A stretch of DNA of 64,000 bases from Octopus sinensis (taxonomy: Eukaryota): the NCBI RefSeq assembly GCF_006345805.1, contig NC_043003.1:91326001-91390000 (forward strand). Reading direction: 5' to 3'. The first letter of the stretch is position 1; the number at the start of each line of letters is the position of its first letter. Of this stretch, positions 45,880 to 58,342 are shown piece after piece. The notes beneath the pieces were generated by a model, which did not search any database, was not told the DNA's origin, and saw only the letters and a program-made list of their open reading frames with translations. The position numbers and the translations under genes are program-made.

Positions 45880-47650
45880 AGACACCCACACAGATTGCAT
45901 ATCCGATTTGGACCACCAAGTGCTGCAGTTGAGTTCTAATCTTTGTGGATCTTAAAATGCCTTTTAAGGCCTCCATTAGATTTGCAGACCTTATGGCATA
46001 CACAGCATTGAAAGGTGTGCACAGTTATATAGGTAGAATAGCTGGTGGAGGTTCATTTTTCATGGGTCCATAAATGAGATTTGAACCCAGTAAAAGAAAG
46101 GCATGGTCTGTCACAAACTGTGCATCCCAAAAAAGTCACTGAAATTCACCTTCTCGATCGCAACATTCTTCTTTAAATCTCTTGAGTCTTACATGTGTTA
46201 TCCTGGCCTCTTCAAATGCTTTCACTCCACTCCACACTTTTGTTCACCATCCAGCTCAGTCTGGAGCAAGGGTTTCTATGGCCTTTGGATCCATTCTAAG
46301 TAACTTCATAGTAGTCCTTATGCTGTCCTTAAACCTCTTTTTAGGTTTACACTGATTGCTTTTCCCCTCTGCAATCTTACCATAAAACAGCTGTTTGGGC
46401 ATGCGTTCATTCACCATTCAGACAATATGGCCAGACCATCTCGTTTGGTTTTTCAGAATCATTGATTTAATTGAAGTGATGCCTGCAGACACAAAGACAT
46501 CTGTGTCTGGACTAAAAAAGCCCCATTTAATGTTTAAAATGTGGTGAAGGCACTTTTTGGTGGAATCGTTCTAACAATTTGAAATGTCTTTGATAAAACA
46601 TCCATGTTTCAGAAGAATAAAATAGGGATGGTAAGACGAACCATTTGTAAAGAACCATTTTGTGTTGTCATTTATATATTGTTGATGCCAAACATGAGAC
46701 TCCAAATCACCAAATGCTTGTGCTGCCCTTTAAATTCACAGATGTATTTCTGTATTTAGGTAGATGAAAGAATCAACAACCTCAAGTAACTTACCCTTAA
46801 CAAAAATTTTAGTGGGGTTGCAAACAGCACTACATGCAGGTTGATACATTACAACTGTTTTTTTTTCAAGTTGTTAGCCAAGCCAAAATCATCACAAGCT
46901 GTGTCAAATGCAGATACAAGAGATTGCAAGCCCGTTTCAGAGTGACTAACTAGAACACAATCGTCAGCGTATAAGAGTTCCCTAATGAGTAAAGTAAAAA
47001 CCTTTGTTTTGAATTTCAGTCTGGTCAGATTAAAAACATTTCCTGCTGTTCAATATTTTGAAAAGAGTTTGACAGCACAGCAGCAAAATATATTGCAAAG
47101 AAGGTGGGTGCATCAACTTTTCCTTGCTTTATTCCATTTTCCACAGCTAAAGATTCAGAGAGCCTAGCACCAAAATTAAATCTAGCCTTCATATCTTGAT
47201 GCAAAACTCTGATCATGTTTACAAATTTTTCTGGGTAACTTATTTTCAGTGTCAGTCAAAAGCAAATGTTCATTTATCCTTAGAATTAGCCTCAGAGCAT
47301 TTCAATTAGGAGTACCAAATGCCTTGCTCAAATCAACAAAGCAATGGTCTACGGCAAGATTCTGTTCAATGCACTTTCCTGAAATTCTCTGATAGTAAAG
47401 ATACAATCAACTGTACCTCTGGAGGAGCAAAAACCACACTGAGACTCAGACACTATATTTGGGACTATAAAGGTACTTAAACATTCTAACAGAACGTGGG
47501 CAAGTATGTTTCCAACTACAGACAAAAGCGAAATCCCATGAAAGTTACCACACAGATACTTAGGCCTTGATTTATACATGGAGACTAAAATGGCCTCAAT
47601 CCATTTCCTCAGCTCTCCAACAGTGACCCCATATTTCAAGAGAGTGCAAC
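45880..47650 (-). mobile_element. Decayed RTE-BovB-like LINE RT
   Basis: NFHGISLLSVVGNILA, ESQCGF.SSRGTVDCIFTIR, NGIKQG..APTFF, ELLYADDC, many stops and frameshifts. Confidence 0.8.
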
Positions 47651-48029
47651 TATATTGAGGGAATATTTTTTAAGCTCACATGCAGTAAGTGCAGTATGCC
47701 TTTCTGGCCTCTTGTTGAAATTACCATCTAGAAGTGTGCATGCATTCCAACAGACAAAATTCAGAGAGAGAGAGAGAAGGTGGGAGAGAGAGAGATTGCT
47801 TGAATTGGTGCTTGAATTAAATATATCAAGAAAAAAAAGGTAGTCAGGATTTGGATAAAAACTATCTATTTAGTATTTTCATCCTTTTTAGGGATGTCAC
47901 CATGAATGTTGTTTTATGGAAAATTCATACATTTTATATATGCATGTGAGTTAGTTGAAAAAAATGCTATTTTAAATGTGCGCATGTGTGTGTGTGTGTA
48001 AGCATGTGTGTATAGTGAATTTTTGGAGA

Positions 48030-48130
48030 AAAGAAAAGAAAAAGAGAAGATAGGAAAAAGAGAGGAAGGAAGGAAGGAAGGAAAGAAAGAAAGAAAGAAG
48101 GAAAGAAAGAAAGAAAGAAAGAAAGAAGAA

Positions 48131-48181
<51 letters not shown>
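48030..48181. repeat. (AAAG)n/(AAGG)n microsatellite
   Basis: Direct reading. Confidence 0.9.
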
Positions 48182-48380
48182 GGGTGTTTTTCTTGGATGG
48201 TTGAAATTCATGACAGAAAAGCATCACTTTTTTTCTTTCTTTCTTTCACTTTTGATGTCCTTCTCCCTATTTATTTAGTGCTTTTATCCTAAAAGGGACA
48301 AAATCACTAAATAGCTTTTATCCAGATCATGACAATCTTCTTTTCTTAATGTATACATATATACATACTCACATATATAT

Positions 48381-48418
<38 letters not shown>

Positions 48419-48721
48419 AGTTCAGCAAAATTTAGATTCAGATGAATATGGTGCTTAAGTTAAAGGCACCAGAATTTTGTATGGTATTATCCATATAAAT
48501 CAAATGGGGTTATTATAATCAAAATAAGCACAAGGATATCCAAGGTAGAGTAGTACAATAAGTATAAGAATGTGCATTGTCCATTTAATTGAAAAATTCT
48601 ATATGTGGCTGAAGATTGCTCGACATTTTACAACTGATGTAATACTTACAGTGTTTAATAAAATGAAGTAGCATGAAACAATTGTACTACCCTACCTTGG
48701 ATATCCTAGTTGCTTATTTTG

Positions 48722-48765
<44 letters not shown>

Positions 48766-49704
48766 ATATATACATATGCACACACAAACACACACATACA
48801 AAGCAACATTTAGTCACATACCGTCATTTTGTATGCTAATTTTATATAATTTTTTATTTATATATTTTGTTAACATAGAATCAACGGTCTGTGCTATTTA
48901 TTAATTTCCTGATTTGAAATTTCTTATATAAATATCAACAGGAGCTTGTTGTAGTTTTTTCACCCAGCACGTCAGTACTTATTGAGTAGGTCTATATAAT
49001 GACTTTAAGATAAAATATGTTGTTGTCATCGATGCTGTTGTCATTGCTGCTGCTATTGTTGTTTGTTGTTGTTGTCCTTTTGCCAACACATCAGTTTCAA
49101 CCTAGTAAACCCTGATGAAAGCCTGATAAATGATGTTGTTTATCAACATCCACCCTTATCCAGAAAACCTATATATAGACCATCTTAAAAATATGTAGTT
49201 GTTGTTGATATTGTTGTTATTTAGTAAATGTACATATATATACATAATTGTTGCTGCCGTGTTGTTGTAGTTGTTGATGTTGTTTTTTAGTAAATCCTTA
49301 GTAAAGCCTTATAAATAAGTAGTTGTTGTCTTTGTTGTTGTTATTATCATTGTTGTGGTTACTGTTGTTGCTACTGTTTAACCACCACATCAGCCCATAT
49401 TTGGTATGCTTATATATATTGTTGTTATAATTATTGCTGTTTTGGTGATCATTGTTGTTACTCTTGTTGTTGTTGTTTAACCACCACCATATCGACCCCT
49501 GATCCCACAAATATATTTAAAGATTATCCTATAAATAGCAATGTTTGTTATTGTATGTCACGCTGAGTCTCCCTGAGTACCACATTAAGGGTATGTGTGC
49601 TTGTGGAGTGCTCAGGGACTTACAACTTCATTTCACAAGCAGGTTGTTACATTGGTCAGATCAACTGGAACCCTCATTGTTGGAATGGATGGAATGCCAG
49701 TTTA

Positions 49705-50979
49705 TCATCATCATCATCATCATCATCGTTTAGCGTCCGCTTTCCATGCTAGCATGGGTTGGACGGTTCAACTGGGGTCTGGGAAGCCAGAAGGCTGCAC
49801 CAGGCCCAGTTTGATCTGGTAATGTTTCTACGGCTGGATGCCCTTCCTAACGCCAACTACTCCATGAGTGTAGTGGGTGCTTTTTACGTGCCACCGGCGC
49901 AGGTGCCAGACGAGTCTGGCAAACGGCCATGAATGGATGGTGCTTTTTACGTGCCACCGGCACAGGGGCCAGGCGGAGCTGGCAACGGCCACGAACGGAT
50001 GGTGCTTTTTACATGCCACCGGCACGAGGCCAGTTAGGGCGGCGCTGGCAACGGCCACGGACGGATGGTGCTTTTTACATGCCACCGGCACGAGGCCAGT
50101 TGGGGCAGCGCTGGCAATGGCACGTTTGGATGGTTCTCTTACGTGCCACCGGCACTGGTAACTCAGCTGCAATTTCTATTGATCGATTTCGATTCTGATT
50201 CTGATTCTCACTTGCCTCAACAGGTCTTCACAAGTAGAGTTTTGTGTCCCAAGAAGGGAAGGTATGCATTAGTGGGCTGGCTACATCCCATGTAGAAGGC
50301 CACGGGTTATGGTCTCACTTGTCCTGCTGGGTCTTCTCACGCACAGCATACTTCCAGAGGTCTCGGTCTCTAGTCATTTCCTCAGTGAGACCTAAAGTTC
50401 GAAGGTCGTGCTTCACCACCTCGTCCCAGGTTTTCCTGGGTTTGCCTCTTCCACAGGTTCCCTCAACCGCTAGGGTGTGGCACTTTTTCACACAACTATC
50501 TTCATCCATTCTTGCCACATGCCCATACCAGCACAAACGTCTCTCTTGCACACCACATCTGATGCTTCTTAGGTCCAGCTTTTCTCTCAAGGTACTTACA
50601 CTCTGTCGAGTATGAATACTGACATTACACATTCATCGGAGCATACTGGCTTCATTTCTTGTGAGCTTACGCATATCCTCAGCAGTCACAGCCCATGTTT
50701 CACTACCATGTAGCATGGCTGTTCGTACACACGCGTCATACAGTCTGCCTTTTACTCTGAGCAAGAGGCCTTTTGTCACCAGCAGAGGTAAGAGCTCTCT
50801 GAACTTTGCCCAAGCTATTCTTACTCTAGCAGTTACACTTTCAGCACACCCGCCCCCGCTGCTGACTTGGTCACCTAGGTAGCGGAAGCTATCAACTACT
50901 TCTAGTTTTTCTCCCTGGAACGTGGTAGAAGTTGGTCTCTGCACATTTTCAGTGTTTATTGTTCCTGAGCATCTGCCAC
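49705..50979 (-). mobile_element. 5'-truncated RTE LINE, same family as 22076-24745 and less decayed
   Basis: EKLEVVDSFRYLGDQVSSGGG..RIAWAKFRELLPLL..LHGSETW..RRLCWYGHVARM..GRGKPRKTW; 3' UTR with about 60 bp tandem units; (GAT)n tail. Confidence 0.92.
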
Positions 50980-51545
50980 AATATATATATATATATATAT
51001 TTATATATAATTCAAAGAGAGTTAGAGGTTATGAATCCAATCAACTAAGGATAGTATCTATCCAATATACTGTTGTTAGAATACCCAATTAATACACAGG
51101 TGTTGGTTATTGCATGGCAATTACACTACTGATTATAATAATTAGGCGAGGGTAATAAGTGGTTTTTACCCTTAATTTATATGGCAGGAAGAAAATGGAG
51201 GGAATCCAGAGGTAGTATTCATCAGCTGTTAGACATTATATTATGTCTATTTATTTATTTTAAACAGTTCAGGTAATATATAAATACATGTGTAAAGTAC
51301 TAGTAATTTCTAGAATAGAGAAAGAAGAGCAGTTTCTTACAGCTGTTTCAGCCAAGAGGTCACAGTACCCCACATGTTATTGCCATCTTTTCAGTGTACT
51401 GTAGTAATCTGTAGATTAAATTAGGGTACTTGGGTATGCCTCTAGGTTTCATCAGAGAGTTTTATAAGATAGTCCAAGAAGTTCATAGGGATAATTTATG
51501 CATATGTAAATATATATCATCATCATCATCATCATTGTTTAACGT

Positions 51546-51590
<45 letters not shown>

Positions 51591-52427
51591 ACACACACAC
51601 TTATATATACATTCACATCTATACATACACACCCATACATACATACATATACATATACACATGCATGCATACATGCATGTACATATTTAGAATTAGTTAT
51701 TAGTAGGTGTAGTACAATATTCTTATTAGAGAATGCATAAAAAGAGAAAGAGAAATAATGGTATAATTGAAGAAAATAATAGAGTTTGAGAGGGGTACAG
51801 TTTTTTAGAACTGAAAAGGCACATAAAAGGAGAAATACATATATATATACGTACACATACAAATACAGATACATACATATATATATGCATACATATACAT
51901 ACACATATTTCATGCGGTATATATATATATATATATATATATGTATTTATACATACACTCATATATATATATATTATTTATTTATATTATTATACATATA
52001 TGTGTGTGTGTGTGTGGAAAGCGGGGGGGGTGGAAAGAAGGAAGGAGAAAAATAAGGAAGAAAAGGAAAAAGAAAGAAGGGAGGAAGGGGGAAAAGAGAA
52101 AAAGAAAACAAAAAGACTTTCAGTGATGATCACACCACACCTTAATTTTTTTTTTTACCTTTTTGAAGATGTCACCATACTTAAACCCATTCCAACACAA
52201 TGGTAAATGACCAAATAAATAAATGAATGGTGAATAGGAAGGGAGATCCCCCTTCTCTCTCTCCCTCTCTCTCTCTATCTATCTATCTATCAACCTATCT
52301 ACCTACCACCTATCTTTCTATCTATCTATCTATCCCCATTGTCATGGAAGCTCACCTAAAAAACAAAAACAATGATCCCCTTTCTAATAACACCCCCCAC
52401 AAAACACCTGTTTTATATAAATGAACC

Positions 52428-52793
52428 AGGAGTGGCTGTTTGGTAAGTAGCTTGCTAACCAACCACATGGTTCTGGGTTCAGTCCCACTGCGTGGCATCT
52501 TGGGCATGTGTCTTCTGCTATAGCCCCGGGCCGACCAATGCCTTGTGAGTGGATTTGGTAGACGGAAACTGAAAGAAGCCTGTCGTATATATGTATATAT
52601 ATATATATAAGTGTGTGAATATGTTTGTGTGTCTGTGTTTGTTCCCCTAGCATTGCTTGACAACCGATGCTGGTGAATAAGTACTGGGCTTACAAAGAAT
52701 AAGTCCCGGGGTCGATTTGCTCGACTAAAGGCGGTGCTCCAGCATGGCCACAGTCAAATGACTGAAACAAGTAAAAAGAGTAAAAAAAAGTAA
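52428..52793 (+). mobile_element. tRNA-derived SINE family A with intact head
   Basis: Head GGAGTGGCTGTTTGGTAAG...GGGTTCAGTCCC (A/B-box-like), agtaaaa tail. Confidence 0.85.
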
Positions 52794-52929
52794 GCAGTTG
52801 ATACATTAAAAAAATTCTATTTGACAAGTTCAAGAAACAAATGAAAGCTCTAATAATAATGAATGAATAAAAATTTTTTCCAAAATTTCAGGGACCATTT
52901 TTCTCAATATATATATATATATATATATA

Positions 52930-55310
52930 TGAGCAAAACGCCCCCCCCCCCTCCAATGGACGGTGCAGAATTGTCAAACATTTAAACCAAATTTTCTCAA
53001 AACAACTTGCTCTGACCGTCCCATAGGCCTCCTCTTTGAGAAACACTGATTTAACCTAAATTTGAGACACCAGCAAAAGAAGAAATAAACATAGACTTTT
53101 TTTCTATTCCAAAGAAAAACAATTTTATTCACACAAATATGCAACCGAAGAGTTTAAAGTACCAGTAATGATAAGGCTGTTGACTGGGAGAACACAAACA
53201 TGGTTTAAACAGTAAGCTTGGCAGGAAAGAAACGTGCCTTTAAGCAGTACAAAAACAACAAAAAATGGAAGGTGCAGTTATGTACAGGTCGACGGGAGAA
53301 AAGCAGGACAAAAACGGCTTTATCGATCGCATTCTCACCTGGAATCGATTTTTGTAATTTTTTCAAGACTTATACACGCCCTGATACGGTCAGTATCTAC
53401 ATATAAAATTTGAGCACAATCGGATGGGATGCCTGAGATCCTAGAAGGCACACACACGCACACACACACACACACACACAGAACAGATTTTATATAATAG
53501 ACGAGCAAAACGCTCCCCATCCAATGGAAGGTGCTGAGTCATATCTGTTGAATAAAAAGCAATCAGTGTTTTCTTTTCATTAAAAAATAATTAAGCATGC
53601 CTTTATTTCAATAAATTTTTGGGTTTTGTTAAACGAAGTTAAGGCCAAAAAAATACTTCTTGAGAAACCAAATAGTCTTTCCTTCCTTCATGCCAAGTTT
53701 GAAGAAAATATCTCTTTTGCATCTTACTTTTTTGGTCTCTTAAAAATACTGCATTTTGTGGCATTATTTCAAGCCAGCCAGCTTTTTTTGCGCAAACTGC
53801 ACATGCATTTTTCTCACGTACACATAGTATCGATCACAACAGATGACGTACTTGCACATACAAATGCACATTCCCATGGCTTTATCGATCGCATTCTCAC
53901 CTGTAATCGATTTTTGTAATTTTTTCAAGACTTATACATGCCCTGATACCGTCGGTATCTGCATATAGAAGACACACACACAGACAGAACGGACTTTATA
54001 AAAATAGACTAGCTGTTGGACCTGGCATTGTTCATATTTTCCATGTTGAAGCTAAGCCCACCTCTGACCTTGTATTGAAATCTTCTATGTTCCCTGTGCC
54101 AACTATTACCCATTAAAATGTTATATCTGGTTCGGCAGGGATTTTACCCGGTTGACACTTTTGACATACTCCTACATACTGGATCGTCTCAAATCACAGT
54201 CAAACTTTTGGGTGTACCTCGACCTGTTAAGAGAGACAATTGTTTATTTCTCTCCCCTTAATGCCACCCTCTCTACAAACCCGATCAGCGTGTCCAATCT
54301 CAGCAAAATCCAAAGAAAAGTGTTAAGGTTATGTCATGAAATAGAATCCATGTGACCATTTACATGAAAATATCCCACTGACTTATAAATCCCAATATAT
54401 TATATGAATAATCAATGTTTCATAAGTCGAAGTGCTTAATTTTACTCATGGGTCAATGTTCTTCAAAATCAGTTCATTATTTTATTGTGAGTGAATTTTG
54501 ATGATTTCTGCCTTTCCCCGGTTTAATTTTAATTCTACTACATAACTCCAACCATAAACTTTACCTAAATGTAAAATTTCATCAAAATCGGATGAATTCT
54601 GTAAAAGTTACAGCTTAAAATATTAACCCTATGGGTAATTGAACATAAAAAGCTTATTGATTTCTTTAAATCCCCCGTTTACACACAATTATCGATCATT
54701 TGCCAACTCTTCATGCTGGCATCAACTAATGGACATGAACTGTAACCATGTGTAAAATTTCTACAAAATCAATGTCTCTAAGGAAATGCTTATTTGTATT
54801 AGGACCCTTTTCAAGCCCTTTTGAATTAAATAAACACATTTACTGTCTCCCCCACCACAAAATTGACCTATATCTCAAATTTCATTAAACTCAGATAAAA
54901 AATATAAAAGTTACAGCCAAAAATAAAATCCCTATGGGTATTTGCACGCAAAAAGCCCATAGATTTTATAAAACCACTGCTCAGGCGCAATAATCGATTT
55001 TTTGTCAACGCCATATATTGACATCACCTCACTGCTGTGATCCTCGCTCACTCATCAAAATCGGACAAAAAATACAAAAGCTGCAGGAAAAATAACATCA
55101 TTATGGGAATTTCCTTTCAAACACCCGATTGAGATCACAAAAATTGATGCCAACTGAGCATAATTGAGTTTTCGAAAAATTCTAGCCTTATTTGAACTTC
55201 AGGGCATGTGATCTACCTATGTGCCAAAAATCATTAAAATCAGTTGGACAGTGTGGGAGGAGTTAGTGTAACCCCAAATACATTAACAGACAGACACCAT
55301 TACACATTTA

Positions 55311-55320
<10 letters not shown>
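52930..55320 (-). mobile_element. Three head-to-tail non-autonomous Helitron units
   Basis: Minus-strand junctions CTAG|TCTATTTTATAAAG at 54009/54008 and CTCG|TCTATTATATAAAA at 53502/53501; duplicated blocks 53318-53410 vs 53879-53970 and 52931 vs 53503. Confidence 0.6.
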
Positions 55321-55358
<38 letters not shown>

Positions 55359-55409
55359 CGTGTGTGTATGTATGTATGTATGTATGTGTGTGTGTGCATA
55401 CATATATAT

Positions 55410-55620
55410 ATAGAGTGACCCAGAAGTAACCGAACCCTAATTATTGTTAAAGGTTACAAATAATTGGAATAAAAGTTTTTATTACAAAAGGTTACACCAA
55501 ATGTTCAAAATGTAAATCATTATTTGCAATACAGTTATAACATCGTGCAGTGATTGGATCAGTTACTTTTTTGCATAACATCAGTGTAATATCGTGCCAT
55601 GCAAATAATGACACTCTGTT
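55410..55620 (-). mobile_element. Tc1/mariner-like 3' end remnant
   Basis: ARCYNCIANNDLHFEHLV* resembles the C-terminal CI..NG.HFEHL motif; TA-flanked end. Confidence 0.45.
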
Positions 55621-55691
55621 TCAGAACATTGGTTGTTTTTGGTTTAGCAGTCTTTTACCACTTTTGTATCTGTCTTTTGCCAACGGTTGAT

Positions 55692-55975
55692 TGTTATATT
55701 CTGAAGTCATCGATAAGATGGTTCTATCTGGCACTCTACGATCCCCAGTCGTAGTGTTATTATCCCCAAAAGGTTGAATCGTTATAATATCCACTGAGAA
55801 TCACAGTATAATTACTATATCAGCACAGATATGACTATCAACACAGTCTACACATACTCTTGATCTTTTCGACCTTCTCTCTGTCGACTGGCTACCAGTC
55901 TCTTTATAATGGCTGGCTACTACCACTTTTAAGTGAGAGGGATGTACAGTTTCACTATACAACATCTCCCCTTTT
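55692..55975 (-). mobile_element. Possible LTR (about 273 bp) with polypurine tract
   Basis: Minus strand AAAAGGGGAGA|TGTTGTATAG...GAATATAACA, i.e. TG..CA ends with short inverted termini. Confidence 0.45.
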
Positions 55976-55989
55976 AATTTTTTGAATTT

Positions 55990-56403
55990 GTGGCTGTGTG
56001 GTAAGTAGCTTGCTTACAAACCTCATGGTTCCGGGTTCAGTCCCACTGTGTGGCACCTTGGGCAAGTGTCTTCTACTTTAGCCTTGGGCCGACCAAAGCC
56101 CTGTGAGTGGATTTTGTAGACAGAAACTGAAAGAAGCCTGTCATATATATGTACATATATATATGTGTATGTGTGTGTGTGTGTATATGTTTGTGTGTCT
56201 GTGTTTGTCCCCCCCCCCAACATCACTTGACAACCGATGGTGGTGTGTTTATGTCCCCGTAACTTAGCGGTTTGGCAAAAGAGACCAATAGAATAAGTAC
56301 TAGGCTTACAAAGAATAAGTCCTGGAGTCGATTTGCTCAACTAAAAAGCAGTGCTCCAGCATGGCCACAGTCAAATGACTGAAACAAATAAAAGAGTAAA
56401 GAG
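55990..56403 (+). mobile_element. tRNA-derived SINE family A
   Basis: Homologous to the 52428 copy. Confidence 0.85.
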
Positions 56404-56443
56404 TTATTTCTTTTATTCACTCTACCTCCTCATTATATATATA

Positions 56444-58304
56444 TCATCATCATCATCATCATCATTTAACGTCCGCTTTCCATGCTAGCATGGGTTGGAC
56501 GGTTCAACTGGGGTCTGGGGAGCCCGAAAGCTGCACCAGTCCAGTCAGATCTGGCAGTGTTTCTACAGCTGGATGCCCTTCCTAACGCCAACCACTCCAA
56601 GAGTGTAGTGGGTGATTTTATGTGCCACCGACACAGGTGCCAGACGAGGCTGGCAAACGGCCACGCTCGGATGGTGTTTTTATGTGCCACGACACAGGTG
56701 CCAGACGAGGCTGGCAGACGGCCACGCTCGGATGGTGTTTTTATGTGCCACCGACACAGGTGCCAGACGAGGCTGGCAGACGGCCACGCTCGGATGGTGT
56801 TTTTATGTGCCACGACACAGGTGCCAGACGAGGCTGGCAGACGGCCACGCTCGGATGGTGTTTTTATGTGCCACCGACACAGGTGCCAGATGAGGCTGGC
56901 AAACGGCCACGATCGGATGGTGCTTGTTACGTGCCCACAGCACGGAGGCCAGTCGATGCGGTACTGGCTACGGCCACATTCGGATGGTTTTCTTATGTGC
57001 CACGTGCCACCGGCACTGGTACCACAAAGATACAAATTCCATTGATGTTCATCTATTTTGATTTGTTTTGATTTGATTTTCACTTGCCTCAACAGGTCTT
57101 CACAAGTGTCACAAGAAGGAAGGTATGCACAGGTGGACTGACTACGTCCCAGGTAGGGGCCATGGGTTATGGCCTGACTAGTCTTGCCGGGTCTTCGGAT
57201 GGTGTTTTTATGTGCCACGACACAGGTGCTAGATGAGCTGGCGAACGGCCACGATCGGATGGTGTTTGTCATGTGCCCACCGCACTGACTACGGCACTGA
57301 TGGATTTCTTGTGCCACAGGCACTGGTACCACAAGATACAAATTCCATTGATGTTCATCTATTTTGTCTATTTTGATTTTGATTTTGATTTTGATTTTGA
57401 TTTTCACTTGCCTCAACCGGTCTTCACAAGTGTCACAAGAAGGAAGGTATGCACAGGTGGACTGACTAGTCTTGCCGGGTCTTCGGAAGGTGTTTTTATG
57501 TGCCACCGACACAGGTGCCAGATGAGGCTGGCGAACGGCCATGATCGGATGGTGTTTGTTACGTGCCCACAGCACGGAGCCGGTCGATGCGGAACTGGCT
57601 ACGGCCACGTTCGGATGGTTCTCATGTGTGCCACCGGCACTGGTACCACAAGTGTGTGCCACCGGCACTGGTACCACAAAGATACAGATTCCATTGATGT
57701 TCATCTATTTTGATTTGTTTCGATTTTCACTTGCCTCAACAGGTCTTCACAAGTGTCACAAGAAGGAAGGTATGCACAGGTGGACTGACTACGTCCCAGG
57801 TAGGGGCCATGGGTTATGGCCTGACTAGTCTTGCCGGGTCTTCGGATGGTGTTTTTATGTGCCACCGACACAGGTGCTAGATGAGGCTGGCGAACGGCCA
57901 CGATCGGATGGTGTTTGTCATGTGCCCACAGAACGGAGGCCAGTCGATGCGGTACTGGCTACGGCCACTTTCGGATGGTTTTCTCTTGTGTGCCACCGGC
58001 ACTGGTACCACAAAGATACAAATTCCATTGATGTTCATCTATTTTGATTTGTTTTGATTTTGATTTTGATTTTGATTTTCACTTGCCTCAACAGGCCTTT
58101 GATTTTCACTTGCCTCAACAGGCCTTCACAAGTATCACAAGGAGGAAGGTATGCACAGGTGGACTGACTACGTCCCAGGTAGGGGCCATGGTTTATGGCC
58201 TGACTAGTCTTGCCGGGTCTTCGGAAGGTGTTTTTATGTGCCACCGACACAGGTGCTAGATGAGGCTGGCGAACGGCCACGACCGGATGGTGTTTGTTAT
58301 GTGC

Positions 58305-58306
<2 letters not shown>
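56444..58306 (-). repeat. RTE 3' UTR-derived higher-order tandem repeat
   Basis: (GAT)n-tailed LINE 3' end followed by 60-63 bp units (gtgccaccgacacaggtgccagacgaggctggca.acggccacg.tcggatggtgtttttat) and about four 300-360 bp higher-order units. Confidence 0.85.

Positions 58307-58342
<36 letters not shown>

Noticed and set aside
52428-52500. tRNA gene
   Set aside because: tRNA-like head of a multi-copy SINE; no complete cloverleaf.
56600-56930. CRISPR-like regular repeats
   Set aside because: Contiguous tandem units without unique spacers, eukaryotic context and no cas genes.
56466-57704. 412-aa ORF as a host gene
   Set aside because: Made entirely of LINE 3' UTR tandem units, with no domain signature.
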